In this document: positions 1 through 10,695 of the stretch, in pieces
Layout of the letters: every line of letters starts with the position of its first letter
Position numbering within the stretch: position 1 is the first letter of the stretch
Source: a virus
Taxonomy: Duplodnaviria; Caudoviricetes
IMG/VR virus record: IMGVR_UViG_3300000928_002271
Location: 1 to 58,750 of that record
Strand: one strand, 5' to 3'
Length of the DNA stretch: 58,750 nucleotides
The notes under the pieces: generated by a model
Told to the model about the DNA's origin: nothing
Databases searched by the model: none
Seen by the model: only the letters and a program-made list of their open reading frames with translations
Program-made: the position numbers and the translations under genes

Positions 1-321
1 ATAATCTGGATTTTGTTCCTTCTGTGATATAATATCTTTAATCCATTTTACTCTATCTCCAACTATAAGAGCATCTTTTCTACGGAACATTCCCGCACCT
101 CCTCTAGAGTTTGCCTTTAACCATTTCAAATCTTTTTCTGAACGGTCTAACAAGTCCTGGAGGTCTTTAATTTCCATGTGCCATACGATTTTCAAAAATT
201 CTGAATCGTTGGAACCACCATATTGACGGGTTATTACTTTTGCATCCATTTCATTTAAATGGCTGTTTGAGGTTAGCTTATTCTCAGCTAAGTATTTTCT
301 CAAGTCAAAATTGTCTGCCAT
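1..321 (-). CDS. Hypothetical protein, truncated at window edge; putative capsid-internal protein with MADNFDLRKYLAENKLT leader
   Basis: Not in the ORF track. Manual translation from ATG at 321 stays open to base 1 (MADNFDLRKYLAENKLTSNSHLNEMDAKV...EQNPDY). First 17 aa are identical to the neighbouring gene. Confidence 0.8.
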   Translation of the reverse strand, partial: MADNFDLRKYLAENKLTSNSHLNEMDAKVITRQYGGSNDSEFLKIVWHMEIKDLQDLLDRSEKDLKWLKANSRGGAGMFRRKDALIVGDRVKWIKDIISQKEQNPDY

Positions 322-389
322 TGTGTATGTCTTTATGTATTAAATTAATTTATTATAAATATATGAAAAAAAAAAGTGAAATCGCCAAA
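271..389. repeat. Copy 1 of an imperfect ~110-120 bp direct repeat (promoter region + 5' UTR + first 17 codons)
   Basis: Aligns with 945..1053; shared blocks include gcttattctcagctaa, aagtcaaaattgtctgccattgtgtatg and tataaatatatg(a)10..tgaaatcgccaaa. Confidence 0.9.
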
Positions 390-404
390 TTTAATTTTAA
401 AAAA

Positions 405-995
405 CTACTCGCTACCTTTAGGCTGTATAATCATATCTCCCTTGTGTGGTATAACTTCGTAATTAGATGGTAACATATTTTTTATATAGGCCATATAAAG
501 TTTAGCACGTCTTGTATCTCCTTTAAAGTTTTCGTCTGCGTGGTATTGTATGCTGGTACCCGGATGTTTTGATAGAAAATCTTTCACAATTTGAGTAACT
601 GTGGACATTATTCTTAAAGGTACCTCTTCCCAGGTTAGTCTAACTCCACCATCATCATCCCCTTCTGTTGTATTAAATTGGAATAAGTAGAGCTCTTTTC
701 CTTCGTCAGCAGCTCGTTGCGAGTGAAAAAATTCAGCAAAATACTCAGTACCCGAATCCGTTGTAAAAGTATATTCATACACAGGGGTACCCTTCCATAT
801 ACCTCCCCAATCTGTTTTTGGATGAGCTTTCCATTTAAAAGCTTTAGCGGAAGCATCTCCAATTTCATCTAAAGAATCTGCTTCTGGGTAACAGTCACAT
901 CCATCATCATACCCTTCAGGTCCTTTATATGCTGGGGTATTCTTGGTAAGCTTATTCTCAGCTAAATACTTTCTTAAGTCAAAATTGTCTGCCAT
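405..995 (-). CDS. Hypothetical protein with the same MADNFDLRKYLAENKLT leader; putative capsid-internal protein
   Basis: ORF 405..1052; the real start is most likely ATG 995, from the shared leader and the upstream promoter motif. Confidence 0.8.
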   Translation of the reverse strand: MADNFDLRKYLAENKLTKNTPAYKGPEGYDDGCDCYPEADSLDEIGDASAKAFKWKAHPKTDWGGIWKGTPVYEYTFTTDSGTEYFAEFFHSQRAADEGKELYLFQFNTTEGDDDGGVRLTWEEVPLRIMSTVTQIVKDFLSKHPGTSIQYHADENFKGDTRRAKLYMAYIKNMLPSNYEVIPHKGDMIIQPKGSE

Positions 996-1053
996 TGTGT
1001 ATGCCTCTACATATATGTTATAAATATATGAAAAAAAAAATGAAATCGCCAAA
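945..1053. repeat. Copy 2 of the promoter+leader direct repeat
   Basis: See 271..389. Confidence 0.9.
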
Positions 1054-1105
1054 CTCTATTTCTTAATTTTTAGAACGATATTTTTCTACTAAAAGTGTAT
1101 GATCT

Positions 1106-1362
1106 TTATTCGCGGTCACCATATAAACTATAACTTTTTAGAGGTTCAGGTTTAATCTCTACCTCTTTACTTCGTATAACATACAACTTACTACTTAAAG
1201 GAGCAAGTCTAAATTCAGCTTTCTCACCGGTTTTTTGAAACCATGCTTCCAAAGTTTCAGTAAGAGAATTATGTACTTTTGAATCGCCAACAAGCACCCA
1301 GCTATCACCAGGTGCTTGTCTATTTGCGATTAATTCACTAAATTCTTTAACTTCAGTCTTCA

Positions 1363-1363
<1 letters not shown>
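1106..1363 (-). CDS. Hypothetical protein (85 aa)
   Basis: Start overlaps the groEL stop by 1 nt; same strand as the operon. Confidence 0.75.
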
Positions 1364-3333
<1,970 letters not shown>

Positions 3334-3337
<4 letters not shown>

Positions 3338-3615
3338 AATTTAATAATATTTTTAATTTCTTTTGCTTTACTTTCAAAACGCTCTACAAATTCACGAAGC
3401 GAGTTATAACTTTCAGATTTAGCATCATCACGAGCAATTGCTTCTAAACAACCCCCCAATGTGCTATAATGCCCTAGAGTATTTTGATACTCATGTCCTG
3501 CTTCTGAAAATGTTGATTTTTGGGCAATGTAACAATAATCATCTAATTGGATGTAATACGGTGATAATGCCGGATCTTTAATGAATCGTAAATTTGATTT
3601 ACTCGGTTTTGCCAT
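3334..3615 (-). CDS. Hypothetical protein (93 aa)
   Basis: Follows a promoter motif and overlaps the groES start by 4 nt. Confidence 0.75.
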
Positions 3616-3638
3616 AACTATATTTATTTATGTTTCGG

Positions 3639-3670
3639 TGAATATACGAAAAAAATTGTGCTAGGACACG
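3639..3670 (-). promoter_or_regulatory. Host-type (Bacteroidota -33/-7-like) promoter for the groES/groEL operon
   Basis: Minus strand CGTG-N20-TATATTCA; same spacing as six other copies. Confidence 0.6.
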
Positions 3671-3686
3671 TTTATTTCCAGAACTT

Positions 3687-4103
3687 TTATTTAATTTTAA
3701 TAGATTTTGGTTTGGATTCCTCAGAAATTGGAATGTGTAGTTTTAACAAACCATTTTCCATCTCAGCATTGATTTTGGAAAGATTAAATTTAGGGGAAAT
3801 TTTATATCCTAAATCAAATGATTTTTTGGACAAACCATGGTAAATATACCCTGAATAATCTGTATCAGTTTCAGGTTTTTTATAACTAATTTTTAGCAAA
3901 TCCCCTTCTACACTAATTAAAACATCTTCTTTAGTTAAGCCAGTACAAGCGACTTCGAAATGTAATCCTTCGTCGTTGTAAAAGATGTTAAGTGGGTGGG
4001 GCTGTTTTGAATTTAAGGCAGGGGCAAATTGTTGCTCTGCATCAAAGAAATTCCTGAATAGGATGTCGAACGGCGAACGCTCATGAAGTGTTAATGTACT
4101 CAT
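3687..4103 (-). CDS. Small heat-shock protein (Hsp20/alpha-crystallin)
   Basis: LNIF...FEVACTGLTKEDV.ISVEGDLLKI...INAEMENGLLKLHIP...KSIKIK (IxI tail). Confidence 0.93.
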   Translation of the reverse strand: MSTLTLHERSPFDILFRNFFDAEQQFAPALNSKQPHPLNIFYNDEGLHFEVACTGLTKEDVLISVEGDLLKISYKKPETDTDYSGYIYHGLSKKSFDLGYKISPKFNLSKINAEMENGLLKLHIPISEESKPKSIKIK

Positions 4104-4118
4104 ATCATTTAAATTTGT

Positions 4119-4181
4119 GAGTGCCTAAGCTACTCGATTAATTAAAAACATAACGTTGTGCCCTAGCTACAATTTTACGTT
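4119..4181 (-). promoter_or_regulatory. Two bulged-A stem-loops in the Hsp20 5' leader
   Basis: UUGU-A-GC-UAGG-GC-ACAA (4156..4172) and GAGU-A-GC-UUAG-GC-ACUC (4119..4135): same geometry, compensatory stems. Confidence 0.55.
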
Positions 4182-4192
4182 TATTATACATA

Positions 4193-4933
4193 TTAGATAT
4201 CTTGTTTTCTTACCTGGTAGTATTCACTTTCCCAATTTTCTCCTTTAAACTCGAATTTAACCCAACCTTTAGTGTTAACTTTCATAATAGCTGATGTAGC
4301 ATCCTTATTATTATTTAGGATGGTTTTAACCATAGCTGAATTAAATGGGAGTTTAGTTCCATAGGGAACATTTGTAAGGGTAGAATTGGGAACTTGATAG
4401 TCAATTTTGTTAGTGTGATTTGATGTATCGCCAAATGACATAACTAAAACATCCTCACCATCTAAATCTCTATCGATTTTAATAATTACGTTATCACTTT
4501 CAAGTGCGCTGTGAGCTTTGATAATAGCATTGATACTATCAGCTTCTAGAACACTTACAATCTCGTAATCACCTGAATCGGTTACTTTACCTACATCTTG
4601 GATTAGGAGAAGTTCTGATAGTGAAAAGTTAACAGTATAGTTCAAATCAGCAATAGTAAGTTTAGTAAATACTTTTTGTTGTTTTTCTAGACTTATAAAT
4701 ACTTCTCCACTAGTAATTCCCAATAGTTTATTTAATTTGGATGTATCATACACCGCAATTTCGCTGTTTTCTAGCGGGAAATTAGCGTGTTTAACGCATC
4801 CAATCATGTCCTTATTGGGCGATTGGAAGTCAATAGTTAGCGCGTTATCTTCAGTAGTCCATTTAACAGACTCTACTAAACCCCCTAAATAGTATTTACC
4901 GATAACTGATTGAAGTTCACTTTTATTTATCAT
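4193..4933 (-). CDS. Putative sliding clamp / DNA polymerase processivity factor (gp45/PCNA-like)
   Basis: 246 aa, EIAVYDTSKL motif, beta-rich two-domain pattern ending SEYY; directly downstream of polB. Confidence 0.65.
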   Translation of the reverse strand: MINKSELQSVIGKYYLGGLVESVKWTTEDNALTIDFQSPNKDMIGCVKHANFPLENSEIAVYDTSKLNKLLGITSGEVFISLEKQQKVFTKLTIADLNYTVNFSLSELLLIQDVGKVTDSGDYEIVSVLEADSINAIIKAHSALESDNVIIKIDRDLDGEDVLVMSFGDTSNHTNKIDYQVPNSTLTNVPYGTKLPFNSAMVKTILNNNKDATSAIMKVNTKGWVKFEFKGENWESEYYQVRKQDI

Positions 4934-4934
4934 A

Positions 4935-5864
4935 TTAAAAACTAAAAATTAGATTTCGGTAGGGGTTGAGGTTCAAATCCCATCCTAAATCGTTATAAAA
5001 CCCTTGTAATTTACTTTCCAAAATTGTCTCAAATGATTTATTTGTATCTGCGTATTGAGCCAACAATGTACGAATTTTCTCTGGGATATCAAAGTCTAGA
5101 AATGCTAAAGCATCAATTTTGTATGGATTATCTTTTAAGTAAATCCATTTAACCTTATCACCTTGAACAATTCGAGAGTGTTGTTTGTCTAATTTCCAAA
5201 ACTTAAGTAAATCATTATACTTAATAGCTGCCTTTACAGGAGCAGGGGCACCTTGAGCTATAATGGAAAACATAGTCCCTGCTTGTGGTTTTGAAGCCAC
5301 ATACTTATCTAAAGTATTTACACGAGTAGGGTTACCTAAAATAGTAATGTCCATATCAGGTGAAAGCACTTCGGCTCTAAAGTTTTTAAGCAATTCATCA
5401 ATTTCTTTTTGAGGAGCACCTTTAATTACTTTTTGAAGAACCATTTTAAAGAAATCACTAAAGATTTTAGGGAAATTGGCTTTCATAAATTCCAATCCCT
5501 TAATATCTAAATCATCAGTTGATACACCTTCTTTTTTAGTAATCCATTGAGCATAACGTCGAGTAGCTCTAAAATAACCAGCACGAATCATACATTCAGT
5601 TTTCATCTCAAATCTATGTTCTGGGATGTTGAATGCTTCGCGAGCTAAAGTATCATATGATTTAGTAATTAAATCTTGGTACTTGAGGGCGATTTTTTCG
5701 AGTGCTTCATCTCTTTCTTCCTCACCCATTTCATCAAAATTAGGGTAGAGATGCCTAAGCAGAGGTTCAGCGTTATAATAGTTAGAGTCTGTATCAACAT
5801 AAACGCAATAGTTTGTATCGTCTTTATCAGCGATAAACCAAGGTGTACTTTCTAATTGAATCAT
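4935..5864 (-). CDS. DNA polymerase family B, C-terminal part (motif C and thumb)
   Basis: YVDTDS (motif C), RRYA, IKGLE, GDKVKWIYLK. Confidence 0.92.
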   Translation of the reverse strand: MIQLESTPWFIADKDDTNYCVYVDTDSNYYNAEPLLRHLYPNFDEMGEEERDEALEKIALKYQDLITKSYDTLAREAFNIPEHRFEMKTECMIRAGYFRATRRYAQWITKKEGVSTDDLDIKGLEFMKANFPKIFSDFFKMVLQKVIKGAPQKEIDELLKNFRAEVLSPDMDITILGNPTRVNTLDKYVASKPQAGTMFSIIAQGAPAPVKAAIKYNDLLKFWKLDKQHSRIVQGDKVKWIYLKDNPYKIDALAFLDFDIPEKIRTLLAQYADTNKSFETILESKLQGFYNDLGWDLNLNPYRNLIFSF

Positions 5865-6109
5865 TCTTCTTCGTGTTCAACTATTGCGGCTTCAATTTCA
5901 CCTTTACTATTATAAATGTTTTCAGGGACTGAAATACGGAAATTGTTTTGGAGGAGACTAAAACGTCCACCTTGGCGGAGCATTTTACGGAAGAAATTTT
6001 CTTGGGTTTCTGTCCACTTTTCTCCAAGGGCAATTACTTCATCTTTAGTAAGAATTTTACCATTACATTCTATAGTAACCCCTCTTCTAATTGCTTGTTT
6101 TGTAATCAT
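5861..6109 (-). CDS. Hypothetical protein between the two polB halves
   Basis: 82 aa; ATGA 4-nt overlaps with both neighbours. Confidence 0.75.
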   Translation of the reverse strand: MITKQAIRRGVTIECNGKILTKDEVIALGEKWTETQENFFRKMLRQGGRFSLLQNNFRISVPENIYNSKGEIEAAIVEHEEE

Positions 6110-7818
6110 AATGTGATTTCGTTATTCATTACTTTGTTCATATGACGATTTGCAAATAATGCTGATTCTTGAATGATTCGTTGTCCACTGAGTGTAATCG
6201 ATTCACTTAAAATTACATTACCATATCTAAAGCTACCAAGAGCAGTTGCACCATACAAGCTATTTAGCAAAATTTTCATTGTATGTTGCTTCAAGTGCAT
6301 TTGTTCGCCTAGTGCTTTATTACCAGCTTTATAAGCTTTTTTCATTTGATTCTTATAAATGACTCGTTCTTCGAACCATTTAGAAAGAATAGTTTTCAAT
6401 ACAGAATCAAAATTGGTTCTATACATTACTCCGTTAGCTGAAATAGCTAGTTTTTCGGATTCAATTAAGTCAATCAAATCTTTAACTGTCATGGAAGCTG
6501 ATCTGCGTTTAGCATTTTGAACTTCTAAATATTGTTCAGGGTCCATTTGCTTTAAATCATTTAGAGCATAACGACAATTAAAAATTTCTTTACCCTCAAC
6601 TACTACCTTTTCATTTGGAATCATGATTCTACCTACTAATGTCTCTTTACCAATGTTTAAAGACATAATAATTGAAGGGTATAGTGATGTCAAATCTTCA
6701 TCAAACATATATTTGAAGATACCTGCTGTAGGACAGAACAAATAACCACCTGCGTAGTTCTTTTTAGAAATAGGGTTTCTATCACGAGATGGGGGGATAA
6801 TTCCTTTAGATAAAAGATAAGCTGAGATACCACCATCGTGAACCATACTATTTTTGTAAACGTCACTATAGTTAATTTTACCTTTATGGGCTAGGTTTTT
6901 AGTTAAAGATAGATATTGGAATTTTTCATCTAATGCTTTTAAGATTTCAACGTCTCGAAAGTTGTATTGAATGAATTTTTGAATATCCTCTTCAAATAAA
7001 CGATCTAATGATCCTTCATATTCAATCTTATTTAGATTACAATATTTTTCTCCTAAAGCATCTAATTTAAAAGATGGTTCATCTCTAAAACTAAATTTTT
7101 TATGGAGTTTCATATAATCTAAAGACTCAACTCCAGCTAATTTTAACCAATCATCTTGACTCCACTTAGATATATCTTGGACTTTACCAATTTTAGATAA
7201 TCGATTAGAATCTCTTTTACCTAATACATTCGAAATACGATAGTATAGGTAAGGAATATCGAAATAATCACTATTATAACCTACTAAAATATCAGGTTGA
7301 ATTTCTTCTAAGCGTTTAATCCACAATTGAAGTAATTGCTTTTCACTACTACAAGGGATAATTTCTCGATTTTTAGCTTTAGTATGTTGTAATTGCTTTT
7401 TGTCATCTAAAATAAGAATAGCCCATTGATCCTCTTGCTTATCCCACCACGCAATTGAGGTAACAGGTTTTGGAGCGCTACGGATGTAATCTTCCGTAAG
7501 CGCTCCTCCCATTTCAATCTCAATATCAAAGAATATTTCTCGATGGGTTTTAGAAGGCGTATCATCATCTCCATATTTGTCAATTAGAAACCTTTGGTAG
7601 GGTTTCATATCGTGAAAATGTAATCGTGGGTTCTCCTTATCCCAATTAGTTGTTTTGCGTAGAGTCTCTCCGTTTAGTCCAGTGTAATCACCTTCCTTAA
7701 CTTCTTCGAATGCTGGGTATTTCCATAGTAGGGTTTTATAACCATCATCCTCCCAAAGGTGAACTTTATATTCATTCTGTTCTTTGGTTCTTTCTACAAA
7801 ACAATTTTTATAACCCAT
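6106..7818 (-). CDS. DNA polymerase family B, N-terminal part (3'-5' exonuclease, motifs A and B)
   Basis: FFDIE (ExoI), GYNSDYFDIPYL (ExoII), YNFRDV (ExoIII), YAGG, DLTSLYPS, KILLNSLYG. Confidence 0.95.
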   Translation of the reverse strand: MGYKNCFVERTKEQNEYKVHLWEDDGYKTLLWKYPAFEEVKEGDYTGLNGETLRKTTNWDKENPRLHFHDMKPYQRFLIDKYGDDDTPSKTHREIFFDIEIEMGGALTEDYIRSAPKPVTSIAWWDKQEDQWAILILDDKKQLQHTKAKNREIIPCSSEKQLLQLWIKRLEEIQPDILVGYNSDYFDIPYLYYRISNVLGKRDSNRLSKIGKVQDISKWSQDDWLKLAGVESLDYMKLHKKFSFRDEPSFKLDALGEKYCNLNKIEYEGSLDRLFEEDIQKFIQYNFRDVEILKALDEKFQYLSLTKNLAHKGKINYSDVYKNSMVHDGGISAYLLSKGIIPPSRDRNPISKKNYAGGYLFCPTAGIFKYMFDEDLTSLYPSIIMSLNIGKETLVGRIMIPNEKVVVEGKEIFNCRYALNDLKQMDPEQYLEVQNAKRRSASMTVKDLIDLIESEKLAISANGVMYRTNFDSVLKTILSKWFEERVIYKNQMKKAYKAGNKALGEQMHLKQHTMKILLNSLYGATALGSFRYGNVILSESITLSGQRIIQESALFANRHMNKVMNNEITL

Positions 7819-8435
7819 TAAAAGAACTTCTTAAGATCTGGACGGAAATAATTAATATTCTTCATTACCTTTCGGTCTCGACTACGATATACAATATACT
7901 TGTCACCAACCTGTTCCCAATGACAAGCTTCGCCTTGTTCTTTGGAACGAGTTTCAACAGTCTTTTCTGCCTCTTCTTGAGTAAAACAAGCTTTGGATAA
8001 ATTCGACGCCTGTACTTCCATATAAGCGGGCCAAATTTTATCCTTAAGGCCATGAAGCATAGCACCGTTCCCAACGGATACATAAGCAATGTCACACAAC
8101 GCATCCAAAACTTCAACGATGTTTCCTTCCTCGCAAGCTTGTTTATATTCTTCAAGCTCTTCAAGAACGAAATTGTATACGAATTCCCATTCGCCCCTAT
8201 TTTCTGGTATAACTGGCTCATAATTGTTAGGTTTGTTCATTAGAGCGTTAAATTCTTCTACTTCACTAACAAATGGGACATACTCACCATTAAACTTTTC
8301 AGCAATACGTTCTGCTGTAGCCGAAGCCCATTCAGCTTCAGGGATTAATGAAAGTTGGTCTCGGTCTTTTAATGATTGAAGTAAACCAAGACTATTTCGT
8401 AATTCGAGTTCAATAATATCTTTAAAATCACTCAT
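7818..8435 (-). CDS. MazG-like / PRA-PH-type nucleoside triphosphate pyrophosphohydrolase
   Basis: EELEEY...DALCDIAYV..G...EVQASNLSK, the all-alpha NTP-PPase pattern. Confidence 0.8.
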   Translation of the reverse strand: MSDFKDIIELELRNSLGLLQSLKDRDQLSLIPEAEWASATAERIAEKFNGEYVPFVSEVEEFNALMNKPNNYEPVIPENRGEWEFVYNFVLEELEEYKQACEEGNIVEVLDALCDIAYVSVGNGAMLHGLKDKIWPAYMEVQASNLSKACFTQEEAEKTVETRSKEQGEACHWEQVGDKYIVYRSRDRKVMKNINYFRPDLKKFF

Positions 8436-8635
8436 TATTCTAGAATTTTAAGGATTCGAGACTTATTTACACCCAAAATTTCAAATTCATTGGGCCAAGT
8501 CTCATATTCTTTATAAATCTTTGCTTCAGCTTCTGTAGCTGATTCAGCATCAATGAGAAATTGCTCAGTGTGCTTTTTAATTTTACCGCGTTCATCTTCT
8601 TGTTTAACGCTTACTTTACCAATCCAATAAGTCAT
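8435..8635 (-). CDS. DUF4494-like protein (Bacteroidota family)
   Basis: W..KV....ED.RGK.KK..EQFLIDAESATEAEAKI pattern. Confidence 0.65.
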   Translation of the reverse strand: MTYWIGKVSVKQEDERGKIKKHTEQFLIDAESATEAEAKIYKEYETWPNEFEILGVNKSRILKILE

Positions 8636-8645
8636 AACTAATATA

Positions 8646-9341
8646 TTAAATGTTGTGTCCTCCGTTGTTAATCTTCAGACTATCGAAAAATTCTTTACGT
8701 GCATTATTTGTGTCATCACGGAATGCGCCTGATGCTTTGGTAGTAACCATTGCTGCTCCTTGGTGTTTAACACCTCGACAAGATACACAATTGTGAGTTC
8801 CTACAATAGTAACAATTACACCCAAATTACCTTCAGTAATTTTATTTACTGCATTATGAATAGCTGAGGTAAGTTGTTCTTGAATAGCGCCTCGGCGACC
8901 AAACAATTCTACAATTCGGTTCAATTTAGACAAACCAATTACTTGCCCTTCTTCTCCAGCAATATAACCAATATGAACAACTCCTCCAATAGTTTGGTGG
9001 TGATGAGAACACATTGATGTAAGGGGAATATTACGTTCAATAATTACTCCATCATATCCATCTGAGGGGAATGAAGTGATAGGGGACATTGCATTATAAC
9101 GACCTGCCCACAAATCATTTACGTATGCTTTAGCTACACGGCGAGGAGTTTCCATTGAATTGGGGTCATTACGCCAATCACATTTTAGAGCATCCAAAAA
9201 TTTACCATATGCTTCTTCTGCAGCATCAATCATTGCAGCTTTTTCATCACTATTGAGGGGGAAACCAGGTGCTACACCATTAGCAAAACCCTCTTGTACC
9301 ACTTCTAATTCTTCGTGGATTTTTCTACGCTTGTTTTCCAT
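8646..9341 (-). CDS. folE: GTP cyclohydrolase I
   Basis: ETPRRVAK, SMCSHHH, GLSKLNRIV, RRGAIQEQLT, HNCVSCRGV. Confidence 0.96.
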   Translation of the reverse strand: MENKRRKIHEELEVVQEGFANGVAPGFPLNSDEKAAMIDAAEEAYGKFLDALKCDWRNDPNSMETPRRVAKAYVNDLWAGRYNAMSPITSFPSDGYDGVIIERNIPLTSMCSHHHQTIGGVVHIGYIAGEEGQVIGLSKLNRIVELFGRRGAIQEQLTSAIHNAVNKITEGNLGVIVTIVGTHNCVSCRGVKHQGAAMVTTKASGAFRDDTNNARKEFFDSLKINNGGHNI

Positions 9342-9360
9342 TTATAACTTTTTATTTTGT

Positions 9361-9392
9361 TGAATATACGAAACTATTTTACAGAGCCCAAA
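9361..9392 (-). promoter_or_regulatory. Host-type promoter upstream of folE
   Basis: TTTG-N20-TATATTCA. Confidence 0.7.
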
Positions 9393-9885
9393 TTGAAGGG
9401 TAGTTTCTTGCATAACCTTTATCATTATCCATTCCCATTCCTACAATCCATTCATCTTTAATTGTAAAACCGTGATATGACTTTTGTTCAGGGATTCGAG
9501 ATGATTCACGAGTTACTAAAGTAACAATATTAAGAGAAGCTGGGTGTTTAACTTCTAGATATTCGATTACAGCGTCCATTGTATTACCTGTATCGTAAAT
9601 ATCGTCGACAATATAAACGTGTTTTCCTTTAATTGGTGTCTCTAAGTCTTTAGTAATTTGAATATCACCTTGTTTATTTTTAGCTACATACGATTTAACG
9701 CGCATAAAATCACACTCCACGTCAATCGGCATAGCCCGCACTAAATCGCTGTAGAACGCAAAACAACCGTTAAGTAAGCCAACCATTACCACGGGTGTTT
9801 TATCACCTTTATGGTCTGCTGCTATCTGTTTACCAATAATTTTGGTTTTAATTTCAATGTCGTGTGCCTTAATTAATTCTGTCAT
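9379..9885 (-). CDS. hpt: Hypoxanthine-guanine phosphoribosyltransferase
   Basis: GLLNG, DFMRVKSY, VYIVDDIYDTGNT (PRPP loop), IVGMGMD...RNYP. Confidence 0.92.
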   Translation of the reverse strand: MTELIKAHDIEIKTKIIGKQIAADHKGDKTPVVMVGLLNGCFAFYSDLVRAMPIDVECDFMRVKSYVAKNKQGDIQITKDLETPIKGKHVYIVDDIYDTGNTMDAVIEYLEVKHPASLNIVTLVTRESSRIPEQKSYHGFTIKDEWIVGMGMDNDKGYARNYPSIWAL

Positions 9886-9887
9886 TA

Positions 9888-10502
9888 CTATCTACATTCA
9901 CATTTATAATCGTCTAATTCTTTACTTACAGGTGCTTTATTAGGAAAATAATAACACTCTCTAATATCTCCTACAAGTAATTCTTTGTAATATCCTTTTG
10001 GGATAGCAGCGTTTGTAGGAACTCGTTTAGGAATTTCATCAAATTCTACTCGAATGAATACTTGAACATCTACAAAATCAGCTAAATAACGTTCTCTATT
10101 TTCTAACTTTTTCCAAACACCTCTATTTAAAGATTGATGTTGGAGGGAGCAGTTGATGAAAGTAAAAGTTTCATAAAGCATATCTTCATTACAATTAAAT
10201 GAAGCTGCTGGAGCCATATGACCTTTATCCCATTCGTTGTTGTAATAATCATCATCATCTGATGTGTGGATGCCTCTTAAAAGATAAAAATCCATTCCAG
10301 CTCTAGATGCTTTACCATTAGGACAAGCTACTCCATAACGAATTGAAAGTGGACTTTCAAGGGGTTCGGAATACCAAATTTTAAAATAAGGGGTATTCCA
10401 TTCAACGCTGTCTCTTAAAGAGCTCTGTCCATAGGTTGTAAATGAGGATACCGAGAATACCACCCATAACAAGAAAGTAAAGTGTTGCCATTTTTTAAAC
10501 AT
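9888..10502 (-). CDS. DNA/RNA non-specific endonuclease (NucA/EndA family) with signal peptide
   Basis: WDKGHMAPAA, TF...N...Q...LNRGVWKKLE..ER, IPKGYYK; hydrophobic N-terminus ending TTYG-Q; likely start MFKKW at 10502. Confidence 0.88.
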   Translation of the reverse strand: MFKKWQHFTFLLWVVFSVSSFTTYGQSSLRDSVEWNTPYFKIWYSEPLESPLSIRYGVACPNGKASRAGMDFYLLRGIHTSDDDDYYNNEWDKGHMAPAASFNCNEDMLYETFTFINCSLQHQSLNRGVWKKLENRERYLADFVDVQVFIRVEFDEIPKRVPTNAAIPKGYYKELLVGDIRECYYFPNKAPVSKELDDYKCECR

Positions 10503-10695
10503 AATTTTTTTTACAATTTTTACAAACATGAACATAGTGAGCTAGCCCAAAATTATTTCGAGTTACCTTAAATAAAAATTTAGGATCAAACGTATTTAAG
10601 CAGTCGTGGCAAACCTCTTTTTTTTGAAGTTTGCCACGTTTTGCTAGTTTGGGGATTCCATTTTTATCAAAAAATATTTCCTCTTTTTCTTCCAT
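10495..10695 (-). CDS. Small CxxC...CxxC zinc-ribbon protein
   Basis: CHDC and CKNC; packed between neighbours with short overlaps. Confidence 0.65.
   Translation of the reverse strand: MEEKEEIFFDKNGIPKLAKRGKLQKKEVCHDCLNTFDPKFLFKVTRNNFGLAHYVHVCKNCKKNYV

Noticed and set aside
996-1052. N-terminal extension of the 215-aa ORF (MAISFFFSYIY...)
   Set aside because: It runs through the duplicated promoter and poly-T tract; ATG 995 matches the paralogous start.
4119-4128. CIRCE-like half site (TTAGGCACTC versus TTAGCACTC) upstream of Hsp20
   Set aside because: It has a one-base insertion and no second arm at 9-nt spacing; the hairpin explains it better.
5861-6109. Intron, intein or translational bypass within polB
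   Set aside because: No recognisable group I/II elements, homing endonuclease motifs or intein termini; clean ATGA overlaps favour three separate genes.
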